A DNA stretch of 64,000 nt from positions 10,723 to 74,722 of the forward strand of contig CALWCE010000003.1 of the NCBI GenBank assembly GCA_944376295.1. Reading direction: 5' to 3'. The stretch comes from an uncultured Clostridia bacterium (GTDB lineage: Bacteria > Bacillota > Clostridia > Christensenellales > Borkfalkiaceae). Positions 41,900 through 51,318 of this stretch are shown here, piece after piece (within the stretch, counting starts at the first letter, position 1; every line of letters begins with the position of its first letter). The translations under genes were made by a program, and so were the position numbers. Below the pieces are notes generated by a model. That model ran no database searches and was not told the origin of the DNA. It saw nothing but the letters and a program-made list of their open reading frames with translations.

Positions 41900-42196
41900 A
41901 TGAATTTTAACTTACTTACGGAAACCGGACTGGACAGTAATCTTGCCGAGATCGTGGCAAAATTGCAGAGCCTGATGGATAGCTTCTGGGTCTATATCGT
42001 TATCGCGCTCGCGGCAGTCGTCGTTATCTGGGGCGCGTATATCGGCATCAAGATCGCCATTGCACATAGGAACGAAGAGAAGATCAACGCCAAAGACATG
42101 GTGAAGCAGCTCATCATCGGCATCGTCATTATCTTCGTCGTGGCGATGGGCGCACCGCTTCTCATCAACGGCTTGTCCGCTTGGGTCGGCGCGTAA
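41900..42196 (+). CDS. VirB2/TrbC-like pilin-type protein (two-TM hairpin)
   Basis: 98 aa with two hydrophobic helices separated by HRNEEKINAKD. A strong RBS is present, and the gene is the first of the T4SS block. Confidence 0.6.
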   Translation: MNFNLLTETGLDSNLAEIVAKLQSLMDSFWVYIVIALAAVVVIWGAYIGIKIAIAHRNEEKINAKDMVKQLIIGIVIIFVVAMGAPLLINGLSAWVGA

Positions 42197-42214
42197 AAAC
42201 GGAAGTCTGAACAG

Positions 42215-42241
42215 AAAGGCGGCGCGTTGTTTGCCGCCTTT
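42215..42241 (+). terminator. Intra-operon terminator/attenuator after the pilin-like gene
   Basis: AAAGGCGGC-9 nt loop-GCCGCCTTT followed by CATTTTC. Confidence 0.4.
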
Positions 42242-42267
42242 CATTTTCAGATAATGGAGGAGGTTAA

Positions 42268-43488
42268 ATGCTGATATTTTTACAGGAGATAGGCTTACAG
42301 CTTTTTCTATGGCTGTTGCAGCTTGTGGACGGGCTGATGGACTTATTTTCCGCCATGACGGGTATTGCCGCGGTCAACTACCACGGGCAGCAAGTCAATC
42401 TCATCGAGTTCATCGTCGGCGACTCCGCCATCGGCACCGTCTTTTGGTGTATCTTTATCACGGCTGTGGGGCTCACCTGTATCTTTGCGATCGCGGGGCT
42501 CATCAAGAATATGATCTCCGGCAACCGCGGCGTGGCGACGGTCGTGGGGAAGTTCTTTCTCGCGCTTTTGGGAACGATGGCAATGCTGGCGGTCGTTATC
42601 TTGGGTATCCTCATCGCCAACGGCTCGCTGCAACTTCTGGCGCGCATCTTTCAAGTGGAGAATACGACCAAGCTCTCGAACGCCATTTTCAATGCCTGCG
42701 TCGGTGATTGGCTGAACGGGTATTCGGCGGGGGATGTGGACGTGACGTCGCTCACGGTGCGCGAGATCCTGGGTGGTTACGATACGGCGCTGTTCGGGAT
42801 CTGGCCTACGTCCTGGAAGGGGAACGGCATGGTCGACCCGAATACGTTCCTGTATCTTCCCTCGCTCGTAGCGGGCATCGCGCTCTGCGTGGCGCTCGTG
42901 ATCGCCGTTCTCAATCTCGCAAAGCGGGTATATGAGATCGTTTTTACTTACTTCATGATGCCAATCGCCATGTCGACCTTGCCGCTTGACGATGGGGCGC
43001 GGTTCAAAAACTGGCGGGAGCTCTTCGTCTCTAAACTCATCCTCGCCTATGGCGCGGTGTTCGCGGTCAATATCTTTGCGCTCGTTCTGCCGCTCATCAA
43101 TGCGGTGCATCTGGACGGTGTCAACGGCTTCGGAAACGCCATGTTCACGATCTTCATGATCGTGGGCGGCGCGATGCTCATCCCCGCAGGGCAGACGTTG
43201 TTTGCCCGTCTGTTCGGGCAGGGCGACGATATGCGTGCCGGCGGCGGATGGCTCAGAAGCGCGTTCTACGGCGGACGCATTGCAAGCGCCATGACGGTAG
43301 GGCTTGCCGCGAAAGGCATCAAGGCAATCGCTTCCCGCAAAAAGGGAGACAGCGGCAACGGAAACAGCGGCGATTCGAGCGACGGTTCCGACGATTCGGG
43401 CGACAAATATACGGAGGACAGCGCCGAGAGCACGGACGCCGCAGACGAGAGCACTGCGGCGCAAACGCAAGGAGGAGAAAGCAGTTGA
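42268..43488 (+). CDS. Polytopic membrane protein, VirB6/TrbL-like
   Basis: 406 aa with at least 6 TM helices and an acidic Ser/Gly/Asp-rich tail. It sits between the pilin-like and VirB4-like genes. Confidence 0.55.
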   Translation: MLIFLQEIGLQLFLWLLQLVDGLMDLFSAMTGIAAVNYHGQQVNLIEFIVGDSAIGTVFWCIFITAVGLTCIFAIAGLIKNMISGNRGVATVVGKFFLALLGTMAMLAVVILGILIANGSLQLLARIFQVENTTKLSNAIFNACVGDWLNGYSAGDVDVTSLTVREILGGYDTALFGIWPTSWKGNGMVDPNTFLYLPSLVAGIALCVALVIAVLNLAKRVYEIVFTYFMMPIAMSTLPLDDGARFKNWRELFVSKLILAYGAVFAVNIFALVLPLINAVHLDGVNGFGNAMFTIFMIVGGAMLIPAGQTLFARLFGQGDDMRAGGGWLRSAFYGGRIASAMTVGLAAKGIKAIASRKKGDSGNGNSGDSSDGSDDSGDKYTEDSAESTDAADESTAAQTQGGESS

Positions 43489-46115
43489 GAATTATCCCTA
43501 AAAAAATTAAAGTGAAGAATACGGTATGGAAGTGCTATTCCATGACGGATGTGATTGTGGCGCTGTTTGTGTTTGCGCTCATCTTCATCGCAGTCACGGC
43601 TGGGAACTGGGCGCTTGCGATCATTATGGGACTTATAGCGGTCGTCATGTTCATGCCCATGCCGGACGGCATTTTCTATACCTGCATCTTTGAAAACGTA
43701 AAATTTCTGTTCGCTAAAAAGCGATATACGGCGGATGCAAAGAACCCGAAAGAGAATATTGACACGCTCATCGGGCTGAAAGAGATCAAGACAAACGGCT
43801 TGCTCGCATACAGCGGCGGAATGTTCGGCAGAGTCATCAAGGTGGGGCAAAAGAACTTCGGCATTGAGGACGTGGTGCAGCAGAACATCGACATCGGCTA
43901 CATAGCAAACGCCTTAAAAATTCTCGATGCCAACCAAAGCGCGGACATCATCAAGATCGACCGCCCTGTAAATCTGGACGGTTTCTCGGAGGAACTGTTT
44001 GCTCGTCTTTCTGCATTGCGGGAAGAAGAATCGCAGACGCGGGAGATCCGACAGGACATTTTGCAGGAACGCATCGACCGTATCGACAAGCTCAACAATA
44101 TCCGCAAGCAGTACTTGTCCGACTATTATATTATAGTGTATGGCAGGAACGAACTTGATTTAGAGAGCGCGGCGATCAATATCGCGGGCGAGGTCGGAAA
44201 GAGCGGACTGTCTACAAAACTTCTCGGTATGCGCGAGGCGGCGGTGTTCTTAAAATACAGTTTTTCTCGCAATTTTGACGAGAGAGAGGAAAAGGACATT
44301 GCCGATGAGGATTTGCTCGCGTGGGTAAAGCCGAAAGAAGTGGTATTCCACAGCAATAGGTTCGTCATCGACGGAACGGAAGCGAGCGTGCTTACGGTCG
44401 CGGACTATCCACTGCGCGTCAAAAACGCATGGGGAGCAAAGCTGTTCAATATTCCCAACACGAAGGTCGTGATGCACGTTCGACCCGTGGATAAGTACAA
44501 GGCGATCCGCCGTATCGACAAGTGCATCGGCGAGATGGCGACCAAGCAGATCGTGGCGGAAAAAGCGAGCGAAGCGAACAGCGCGGAAACGCATCAGGAA
44601 ACGATGAACGCGCTTTTGGATAGTTTGCAGACGGAAAACGAAAGCCTTTTGGACGTTACCTTGACCGTTACTGCCTATAACTATCTCAAAAATGAGAATT
44701 ACAAAAAGGCTGTGCGTAGAGCTTTGCTCACGGAAAACTTCAAACCGTCCACGCTGTACGGCTTGCAGATCGAAGGGTTTAAGACTGCGGCGGTATCGCC
44801 CGTAAGCACGCTTAAAAACCATGAGCGAGGTATCAACAGTTCAAGCCTCGCGGCGGTGTTCCCGTTTGTGAGGACTTGTGTTCTCGATGATGGGGGTATC
44901 CTTCTCGGCGAAAATAAGACGAACGGCTATCCGTTTATTCTCAATTTGTGGAAGCGCGGCAATCTTTATCAAAATAGCAACGCCATGATCATCGGCAAGT
45001 CGGGCTCGGGCAAATCGTATTTTTTGAAAACGCTTATCGCCAACGAATGGGCGAACGGCACGAGAGTCATCGTGTTAGACCCCGAAGCCGAATACCTCAC
45101 GCTCACCCGCAATTTGAGCGGCAACATCATTGATGTGGGCAACGCAAAGGAGGGGCGCATCAATCCGTTCCATATCTATAAGATCCTCACGGAGGACGGC
45201 ACGCCTGCCGACCCGAAGGTCACGTTCAATACGCACCTCAAGATGCTTGAATCGTTTTTCAAGATCGTGCTTGCGGATGCGCCCGTGGACGTCATTGAAC
45301 TCATCAATAACCTTGTGGTGGAAACATACGAGAAAATGGGTATCACGGAAAATACCGACTGCTCGGCGTTCCCTGCGGACTACTTTCCGCTGTTTTCGGA
45401 CTTGCTCGAAACGTTGCAGAGTAAGAACAGGGAAAGCATAGATGAGCTTACCAAGAGGGATATGCGCACGGCGGAGCTGTATCTCAAAAAGTTTGTGAGC
45501 GGGCGGTATTCGGACATCTGGAACGCGCCGTCCACGTTAAAGACGGACGCAGACCTTATAGATTTCGATTTCCAGAGCCTGTTTGCGAATAAGAACAATA
45601 CGGTGGCGAACGCGCAGATGCTGCTCATTTTCCGATTCATCGAGCAGGAAGTCATCAACGCGAGAGAGAAGAACAAGGGCGGAGCAAACCTTCATACGCT
45701 CATCATTGCAGACGAAGCGCACCTCTACATAGACCCTAAATTCCCCATCGCATTGGACTTCTTCTATTCGATGTCAAAGCGTATCCGCAAGTACAACGGC
45801 TCGTTCGTTCCCGCCACGCAGAATATCGCCGATTGGAATGCGAACGAAGAACTGCGCGGCAAGACCTCGGCGATCATCAAGAACAGTCAGTATAGCTTTA
45901 TCTTCAAACTGTCCGCGCCCGACATGAAAGACGTTTTGGATATTTACAAGGCGGGCGACAGCTTCAACGACGAGGAGCAGCGCATGATCATCTCGGCGGT
46001 TACGGGACAGACGTTCTTTGTGGGAAGCACGGAGCTTCGCAACTGCATTCTCGTCAAGGCGGGGGACTATACGCAGTCGCTCTTTGAGGAGAGAAAGGAG
46101 GAGGAAACGAATTGA
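43485..46115 (+). CDS. VirB4-family conjugation ATPase with N-terminal VirB3-like TM segment
   Basis: The probable TTG start at 43485 lies 8 nt after a GGAGGAG RBS and overlaps the upstream stop. The N-terminal TM pair is VIVALFVFALIFIAV..LAIIMGLIAVVMF. Walker A GKSGSGKS, Walker B LIIADEAHLY. Confidence 0.85.
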   Translation: MRIIPKKIKVKNTVWKCYSMTDVIVALFVFALIFIAVTAGNWALAIIMGLIAVVMFMPMPDGIFYTCIFENVKFLFAKKRYTADAKNPKENIDTLIGLKEIKTNGLLAYSGGMFGRVIKVGQKNFGIEDVVQQNIDIGYIANALKILDANQSADIIKIDRPVNLDGFSEELFARLSALREEESQTREIRQDILQERIDRIDKLNNIRKQYLSDYYIIVYGRNELDLESAAINIAGEVGKSGLSTKLLGMREAAVFLKYSFSRNFDEREEKDIADEDLLAWVKPKEVVFHSNRFVIDGTEASVLTVADYPLRVKNAWGAKLFNIPNTKVVMHVRPVDKYKAIRRIDKCIGEMATKQIVAEKASEANSAETHQETMNALLDSLQTENESLLDVTLTVTAYNYLKNENYKKAVRRALLTENFKPSTLYGLQIEGFKTAAVSPVSTLKNHERGINSSSLAAVFPFVRTCVLDDGGILLGENKTNGYPFILNLWKRGNLYQNSNAMIIGKSGSGKSYFLKTLIANEWANGTRVIVLDPEAEYLTLTRNLSGNIIDVGNAKEGRINPFHIYKILTEDGTPADPKVTFNTHLKMLESFFKIVLADAPVDVIELINNLVVETYEKMGITENTDCSAFPADYFPLFSDLLETLQSKNRESIDELTKRDMRTAELYLKKFVSGRYSDIWNAPSTLKTDADLIDFDFQSLFANKNNTVANAQMLLIFRFIEQEVINAREKNKGGANLHTLIIADEAHLYIDPKFPIALDFFYSMSKRIRKYNGSFVPATQNIADWNANEELRGKTSAIIKNSQYSFIFKLSAPDMKDVLDIYKAGDSFNDEEQRMIISAVTGQTFFVGSTELRNCILVKAGDYTQSLFEERKEEETN

Positions 46116-48505
46116 GAGGTAAAATAAAAAGAACAACGTGGCTTGTGAGCTTTGCGGCAATGCTCTGTTTGCTGTTGCCGTTTTGGTTTCCGAGAGGGGA
46201 AACAGTATCCGCCGCTACCACCCCGAGTTACACCGTAGCCTTTGACTACACGCATACATATACCTACGGTTCGGGCGCCGGTACGCGCAAAGAGACATCG
46301 GGCGACAACAATGTTTATTCTGCCGTTGTGCAGAGTGGTTCGAATACGACGGCGACCATCTCCGTTATTCTGTATGGGAGTGGGGCATCGGGGAATGCGT
46401 ATCTTTCCAATGGCGGCACGATCAAGTCGGATACGGTGAATATCCAGATCTCAGGCTATAACGAGCGTAGGATCACGGTGACTGACGCATCGGGAAGAAC
46501 AGTGGGGAGCGGCAGCTCTTCCGTACATCTGAGTGGTCTTTCCGACGGAAGTTATTCGGTGTCTGTACAGTTTGGCTTTTTTGCCTGGACGATCAATTCG
46601 CGTGCGGGCGCCAGTGTTACGACGACGGGTTCCTTTAGCTTTACCGTTGCGGCGGAAGAACACGTCCATCAGTACGGTAAGCGCGTTGTGGCTCCCACTT
46701 GCACAGCAAGCGGTTATACCCAATATACCTGTAAGACTTGCGGGTACTCTTATACCGGGGATCGTACGTCGGCTTTAGGGCATAATTATACATCCACAAC
46801 GAGCGGAGCGACTTGCACGTCAGGCGGTACCGTGCTTTATACCTGTACCCGCTGCGGGGACAGCTATACGAAGACGACTTCCGCGCTCGGACATGATTAT
46901 GAGAGCATGCTGACTGCTGCCACTTGTACGGAAGAGGGGTATATCAAATATGTCTGTACTCGCTGCGGGGATAGCTATACCGAAGATATTCCCGCAACGG
47001 GGCATAGTTATCAGAGCAAGACGGTCTCTCCGACCTGCACATCGGGCGGTTATAGCCGCCATACCTGTACCCGCTGCGGAGACAGCTATACGACTAACCG
47101 CACGCAAGCGCTCGGGCATAGCTACACGGTATCGTCCGAGCGCGATCCGACCTGTACGAGCGGGTCGGTGACGGTCTATCGCTGTACGCGCTGCGGCAGC
47201 ACTTACTCGGACGAGGATTCCGACGCTCTGGGTCACAGCTATGACGCGGATGTCGTCAATCCCACCTGCACGGCGGGCGGCTATACGGTGTTCTCGTGCA
47301 GGCGATGCAGCTACAGCTATACAGGCAATGCGACGGCGGCTTTAGGGCATAGCTATAAAGCTGCGACGACGCCCTCTTCCTGTACGACGGAAGGATATAC
47401 GACCTACGAATGCATCCGCTGCGGCGCAAGTTATACCGACAGTCCCACGCAGGCGACAGGGCATAGCTATGTCGCCGAGATCGTGTCATCCACCTGTACG
47501 GAGCGGGGCTATACCGTCTATACTTGCAGCAAGTGCGGCGACAGCTATCGCACCAATGAAACGCAGCCGCTGGGGCATAGCTATGTCATCTCCACGGAAG
47601 GGGCGACCTGTACGGAGAGCGGCGTTTCCGTATATACCTGCACCCGCTGCGGGTCGAGCTACGAGGGCTGGCTGACGGCACCGCTCGGGCATAACTATGT
47701 AGCGGAGCAGAGACCCGCAGGCTGTACGGAGGAGGGCGGCACCGTCTACACCTGTACGCGATGCGGAGACGGTTATAACGGAGAGCCGACGCCGCCTCTC
47801 GGCCATGCGTATATCTCCAAAGCCGTTGCCGCGACGTGTGAAGAAGGGGGATATGTCCTCCACACTTGCATCCGCTGCGGGGACAGCTATCAAGACAACG
47901 AGACGCAGCTGCTCGGGCATAATTTCGTGACGGAGGAACGCCCGCCTTCCTGCACCGAGGGCAGCCGCACCGTCTATATCTGTCAGGTATGCGGCTTTGA
48001 AAAGACGGAGGAGACGGGGACTTACCCGACGGGGCACGACTATACTTCCACCGTGCTTCGCGCGGCGACCTGTACGCAGGCGGGGGAGCGGAAATTTGTC
48101 TGCGACAAGTGCGGAGAAGAATATATCGAGACCATCCCGGCGACGGGCCACACTTATGCGATCACCGATTCAATCTCTCAGAACGGCGTGACTGTCCGTA
48201 CCTATACCTGTTCGGTCTGCGGCGATACTTTCGCGCAGGAGCTCGGCGATCAGTACGAGGAAGTGGCGTCTTACATCGAATATCTGTTCGAGCAATACCG
48301 CCCGTATATGATTTGGGTCTTTCTCGCCACGGCGGGCGTATGGAGCATCGTGATGGGGGTGTGCTTCGCCATTGCCCAAAAACATGAGGAGAAGGAGAAA
48401 GCCAAGCGCATGATCTTCAACTACCTCATCGGGCTTGTCGTCATCTTCTGTATCCTCGTCGCCGCCCCGCTCCTCGTCCGCGGCATCGCTGCACTTGTAA
48501 CGTAA
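46112..48505 (+). CDS. Secreted Cys3His-repeat protein (13 full + 1 degenerate repeat) ending in a VirB2-like two-TM pilin module
   Basis: The TTG start overlaps the VirB4 stop (TTGA). There is a signal peptide, a ~150-aa beta-rich domain, and repeats at ~46664-48240. The last ~70 aa align ungapped with the 98-aa pilin-like protein (25/69 identical). Confidence 0.75.
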   Translation: MRGKIKRTTWLVSFAAMLCLLLPFWFPRGETVSAATTPSYTVAFDYTHTYTYGSGAGTRKETSGDNNVYSAVVQSGSNTTATISVILYGSGASGNAYLSNGGTIKSDTVNIQISGYNERRITVTDASGRTVGSGSSSVHLSGLSDGSYSVSVQFGFFAWTINSRAGASVTTTGSFSFTVAAEEHVHQYGKRVVAPTCTASGYTQYTCKTCGYSYTGDRTSALGHNYTSTTSGATCTSGGTVLYTCTRCGDSYTKTTSALGHDYESMLTAATCTEEGYIKYVCTRCGDSYTEDIPATGHSYQSKTVSPTCTSGGYSRHTCTRCGDSYTTNRTQALGHSYTVSSERDPTCTSGSVTVYRCTRCGSTYSDEDSDALGHSYDADVVNPTCTAGGYTVFSCRRCSYSYTGNATAALGHSYKAATTPSSCTTEGYTTYECIRCGASYTDSPTQATGHSYVAEIVSSTCTERGYTVYTCSKCGDSYRTNETQPLGHSYVISTEGATCTESGVSVYTCTRCGSSYEGWLTAPLGHNYVAEQRPAGCTEEGGTVYTCTRCGDGYNGEPTPPLGHAYISKAVAATCEEGGYVLHTCIRCGDSYQDNETQLLGHNFVTEERPPSCTEGSRTVYICQVCGFEKTEETGTYPTGHDYTSTVLRAATCTQAGERKFVCDKCGEEYIETIPATGHTYAITDSISQNGVTVRTYTCSVCGDTFAQELGDQYEEVASYIEYLFEQYRPYMIWVFLATAGVWSIVMGVCFAIAQKHEEKEKAKRMIFNYLIGLVVIFCILVAAPLLVRGIAALVT

Positions 48506-48631
48506 AAAAAATGGAACTTACCTTTGCTCAGCCCGTAAAAATTTTTTCGGAAAAATGCTCCGAACCCCTTGACAAACGGGAGAAAATGTGATATTCGTAT
48601 TAACACGAAGCAAGAAAAAGGAGGCGCAGTC

Positions 48632-48985
48632 ATGAACGCACAGGAGATCATTGCCAAAGCAGACAGGGGAGAGGGGCTGACCGAAGAGGAGATCAAAGTC
48701 TATCGGCAAGCAGTCAAGCCTGTCAAGCACACCTACGGTAAGTACGGAACGCTGAAGCGGCAGTATTTGGAAGAAAGGGGTATCGACTGGACGATTGCCG
48801 ATCTTCCCGAATATCTGCACGGCATCGACCGTCAGGCGGACGAGTTGTATGAAATCATGTATGCGAAGCTCTCCAAAGATGAACGTTACAAACGGACGGG
48901 CAACTTCATGGAGGACTACCGCAGGCAGACGGAGATACAGAAGCTCATAGAGGAGGAGATTCTTTCCGAGCTTGTGTATGTCTGA
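48632..48985 (+). CDS. tnpV: TnpV-family protein
   Basis: 117 aa from the ATG at 48632 (GGAGG RBS). It shows the same family pattern as 14477..14830. Confidence 0.7.
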   Translation: MNAQEIIAKADRGEGLTEEEIKVYRQAVKPVKHTYGKYGTLKRQYLEERGIDWTIADLPEYLHGIDRQADELYEIMYAKLSKDERYKRTGNFMEDYRRQTEIQKLIEEEILSELVYV

Positions 48986-49127
48986 GCCAACATTCATCCC
49001 GCAATACGGCGTCAGGGTTACGGGTCTGCTCGGTTACATACGTTTAAGTATGCGCCCTCGCAGCATTCCGCCCCTTCCTTGTCTTGCGGGCGACTGTTGA
49101 CTCATAGAAAAAACGGGAGGTTACAAT

Positions 49128-49250
49128 ATGAAAGCTGTTTTAAGGATCGGGAAGGGCTTGCTGAAAGTTTTGTTCATGGGCGTCGTGATGATCGGGACTT
49201 GCGTCATGAACTTCATCGGCGCGATCATCTGCGCGATAGCGGGAAACTGA
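49128..49250 (+). CDS. Small hydrophobic peptide (40 aa)
   Basis: MKAVLRIGKGLLKVLFMGVVMIGTCVMNFIGAIICAIAGN with a GGGAGG RBS. It is a paralogue of 14971..15090. Confidence 0.4.
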   Translation: MKAVLRIGKGLLKVLFMGVVMIGTCVMNFIGAIICAIAGN

Positions 49251-49260
49251 GAGGTGGAGC

Positions 49261-49497
49261 ATGGAGCGTAAACCGGATACGCCCGTTCGCAAGAGCCGCA
49301 GGAAGTATGAGGAGCGGAACAAAGACGAGCGGAAGGAAAAGAACAAGGTGTGGGGAACGAGCATTGACCGCCAATATGCGAACGAGATAGACGAGTTCCT
49401 CGCAAGGCATGATCTTACAAAGGTGGAACTGATCGTCGCGGGGTATCAAGCCCTGCTCGATCACTACGGCCCGAAGGAAGAACAGAATAAGCAATAA
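49261..49497 (+). CDS. Putative ribbon-helix-helix DNA-binding protein
   Basis: 78 aa. The C-terminal half is identical to the relic copy and the N-terminal half is diverged. Confidence 0.5.
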   Translation: MERKPDTPVRKSRRKYEERNKDERKEKNKVWGTSIDRQYANEIDEFLARHDLTKVELIVAGYQALLDHYGPKEEQNKQ

Positions 49498-49677
49498 GTT
49501 TGAGAGCGCAAGGACTATGGCCCTTGCGCTCCTGCTTTTATCAAGACGATAAAATACCATGCCGAACGGCATAAGGAAGAAAACGACATCGGGAAGATGG
49601 AGCGTAACGGACTTATGCCGCCGCGCTTCGTCTTTCCTTATCATATAAAACAAACAGATGAAACGGGAGGCGTTAGA

Positions 49678-49857
49678 ATGTTGCGAAGTATAAAAAGAGT
49701 ATTCGATATGGTCAAGCAGGAAGATCCGGATACGGCGATCACCGTACATACCATCCGTATGTGGTGTAAGGAGGGCAAGATAAAATACTTGACCGCCGGC
49801 AACAAAATTCTGGTCGATGTGCAAAGCCTGATGGACTATATCGCTATCAAGGAGTAA
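49678..49857 (+). CDS. xis: Excisionase (HTH, excisionase family)
   Basis: 59 aa from the ATG at 49678 (GGGAGG RBS 7 nt upstream). ITVHTIRMWCKEGKIKYLTAGNKILVDVQSL is a typical MerR-like excisionase HTH. It lies directly upstream of int. Confidence 0.7.
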   Translation: MLRSIKRVFDMVKQEDPDTAITVHTIRMWCKEGKIKYLTAGNKILVDVQSLMDYIAIKE

Positions 49858-49863
49858 CACACT

Positions 49864-51288
49864 ATGGCTTATTTCAAAATCACACAGAACAAAAAAGGAG
49901 AGCTTCAAGCAAAAATACAGGTCAGCGGCAAAGACTTATCCACAGGGAAAAGCAAGGTCTTTACCAAGCGCGTCTATAATACCGACGAATTGACCGAGGC
50001 TAAATTCCGCAAGCAGGTCGAAAAGACTGCCATCGCCTTTGAAGAGGAGGTTTCGCGCGCCTATCAGGACGGCAAAACGCAGCTCCGCTCAAAGGTGCTG
50101 ACTTTTTCCGAACTCATGCAGGAATGGAAGGCAAATATCAAAGCCGGACTTTCCGTCAACTACTATGAACGTGCCGAAAAGGTCGAAAAGATATTCGGCG
50201 AGTTTCTGGAACAGAATGGGCTGGCCGACAAGCCCATCTCTGCCATCACGGTACGCGACGTGCAGAGGTTCCTGTCGTCGTTCACCCTTTCGGGGTATAA
50301 AAGCGCGCCCAAAGCACGATTAAAAAAGCCGCTCCCCAAGCAAATGAACTTTCGGCTGATGGCGCGGGAAAATGTCATTGACCGCTGCGCCTCGTATAAC
50401 CTTAATAAAAAGGGAGCGAACATCGCAAAGGAAACGGCGGAAACGCTCTGCGACCGCTGTGGGCTTGACTATGACGAATACTTTGAAACGGTCGTCATTG
50501 AAAAACCCTATGCCGCCGAAACAATCAAAGGCTATCGCCGTATCCTGCGCGCGTTGTTCAACGAAGCTGTCCGCTATGAATGGATCGCCAAGAACCCCGT
50601 ATGCGCAACGAAGGTGGGCGCGGAAAAAGGCAATACCTCTTTGCGCCCCGTTGCCGAAAAGGAAGTGTTTACCGTAAATGAAGCGCGCGCTTTCCTGCGA
50701 AAGCTGGATGAGGACATTCCCGACGACGAAATGCACAAGAAAGTCATCTTGAAGTTTATCCTTTTGACGAGCGTCCGTAACGGTGAGATGTGCGGTCTGA
50801 AATGGTCGGACATCGACTTTGACAAAAAAGTCGTACACATACGGCGTAACAGGCTGTATTCCAAACAATTCGGCTACTATGAAAAGACGCCCAAGACAAA
50901 GACGTCCGTCCGCGACATTCCTTTGACGGATGTGCTGATAGACGATTTGAAGAAGTACATGGGCTGGTTCAGGCTCGCCGACGAGGAGTTTGACAGCCGT
51001 CTTGACGAAACCTATCTCGCCGTAAATGTATATCGGCAGCCGCTGTACCCGCAGTCCATCGGGCAATGGCTGACCTTCTATGAGCGCAAATGGGACATGA
51101 AACACGTCACTTGTCACGGCTTGCGGCATACCTATTGCAGCCTGCTTCTGGCGCAGAACGTGCCTATACAGACAGTGAGCAAATACATGGGACACAGCGA
51201 TTCGACCGTCACATTGAAAGTGTACAGCCACTTTATCCCTGATACGCAGGGCATCGCGGTGAACGCTCTGAACCGCCTGACAGAGTAA
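49864..51288 (+). CDS. int: Tyrosine recombinase / integrase (Tn916-like, with N-terminal arm-binding domain)
   Basis: 474 aa with the C-terminal catalytic signature HGLRHTYCSLLL...GHSDSTVTLKVYSH (R..HxxR..Y). Confidence 0.9.
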   Translation: MAYFKITQNKKGELQAKIQVSGKDLSTGKSKVFTKRVYNTDELTEAKFRKQVEKTAIAFEEEVSRAYQDGKTQLRSKVLTFSELMQEWKANIKAGLSVNYYERAEKVEKIFGEFLEQNGLADKPISAITVRDVQRFLSSFTLSGYKSAPKARLKKPLPKQMNFRLMARENVIDRCASYNLNKKGANIAKETAETLCDRCGLDYDEYFETVVIEKPYAAETIKGYRRILRALFNEAVRYEWIAKNPVCATKVGAEKGNTSLRPVAEKEVFTVNEARAFLRKLDEDIPDDEMHKKVILKFILLTSVRNGEMCGLKWSDIDFDKKVVHIRRNRLYSKQFGYYEKTPKTKTSVRDIPLTDVLIDDLKKYMGWFRLADEEFDSRLDETYLAVNVYRQPLYPQSIGQWLTFYERKWDMKHVTCHGLRHTYCSLLLAQNVPIQTVSKYMGHSDSTVTLKVYSHFIPDTQGIAVNALNRLTE

Positions 51289-51289
51289 A

Positions 51290-51318
51290 AGGAATGGCCT
51301 TTGAGGTCATTCCTTTTT
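51290..51318 (+). terminator. Rho-independent terminator of int
   Basis: AGGAATGGCC-tttga-GGTCATTCCT (one G.U pair) followed by TTTT. Confidence 0.6.

Larger units (their letters stand above)
48481..49703 (+). repeat. Copy 2 of the ~1.2-kb direct repeat (intact ICE right-end module)
   Basis: See 14361..15542. The flanks are near-identical, with a diverged central block (small peptide + RHH gene). Confidence 0.85.

Noticed and set aside
43248-43484. Upstream extension of the VirB4 ORF (79 codons, R/G/Q-rich)
   Set aside because: It overlaps the 3' end of the VirB6-like gene in another frame. A GGAGG RBS plus TTG at 43485 gives a sensible VirB3-like TM N-terminus.
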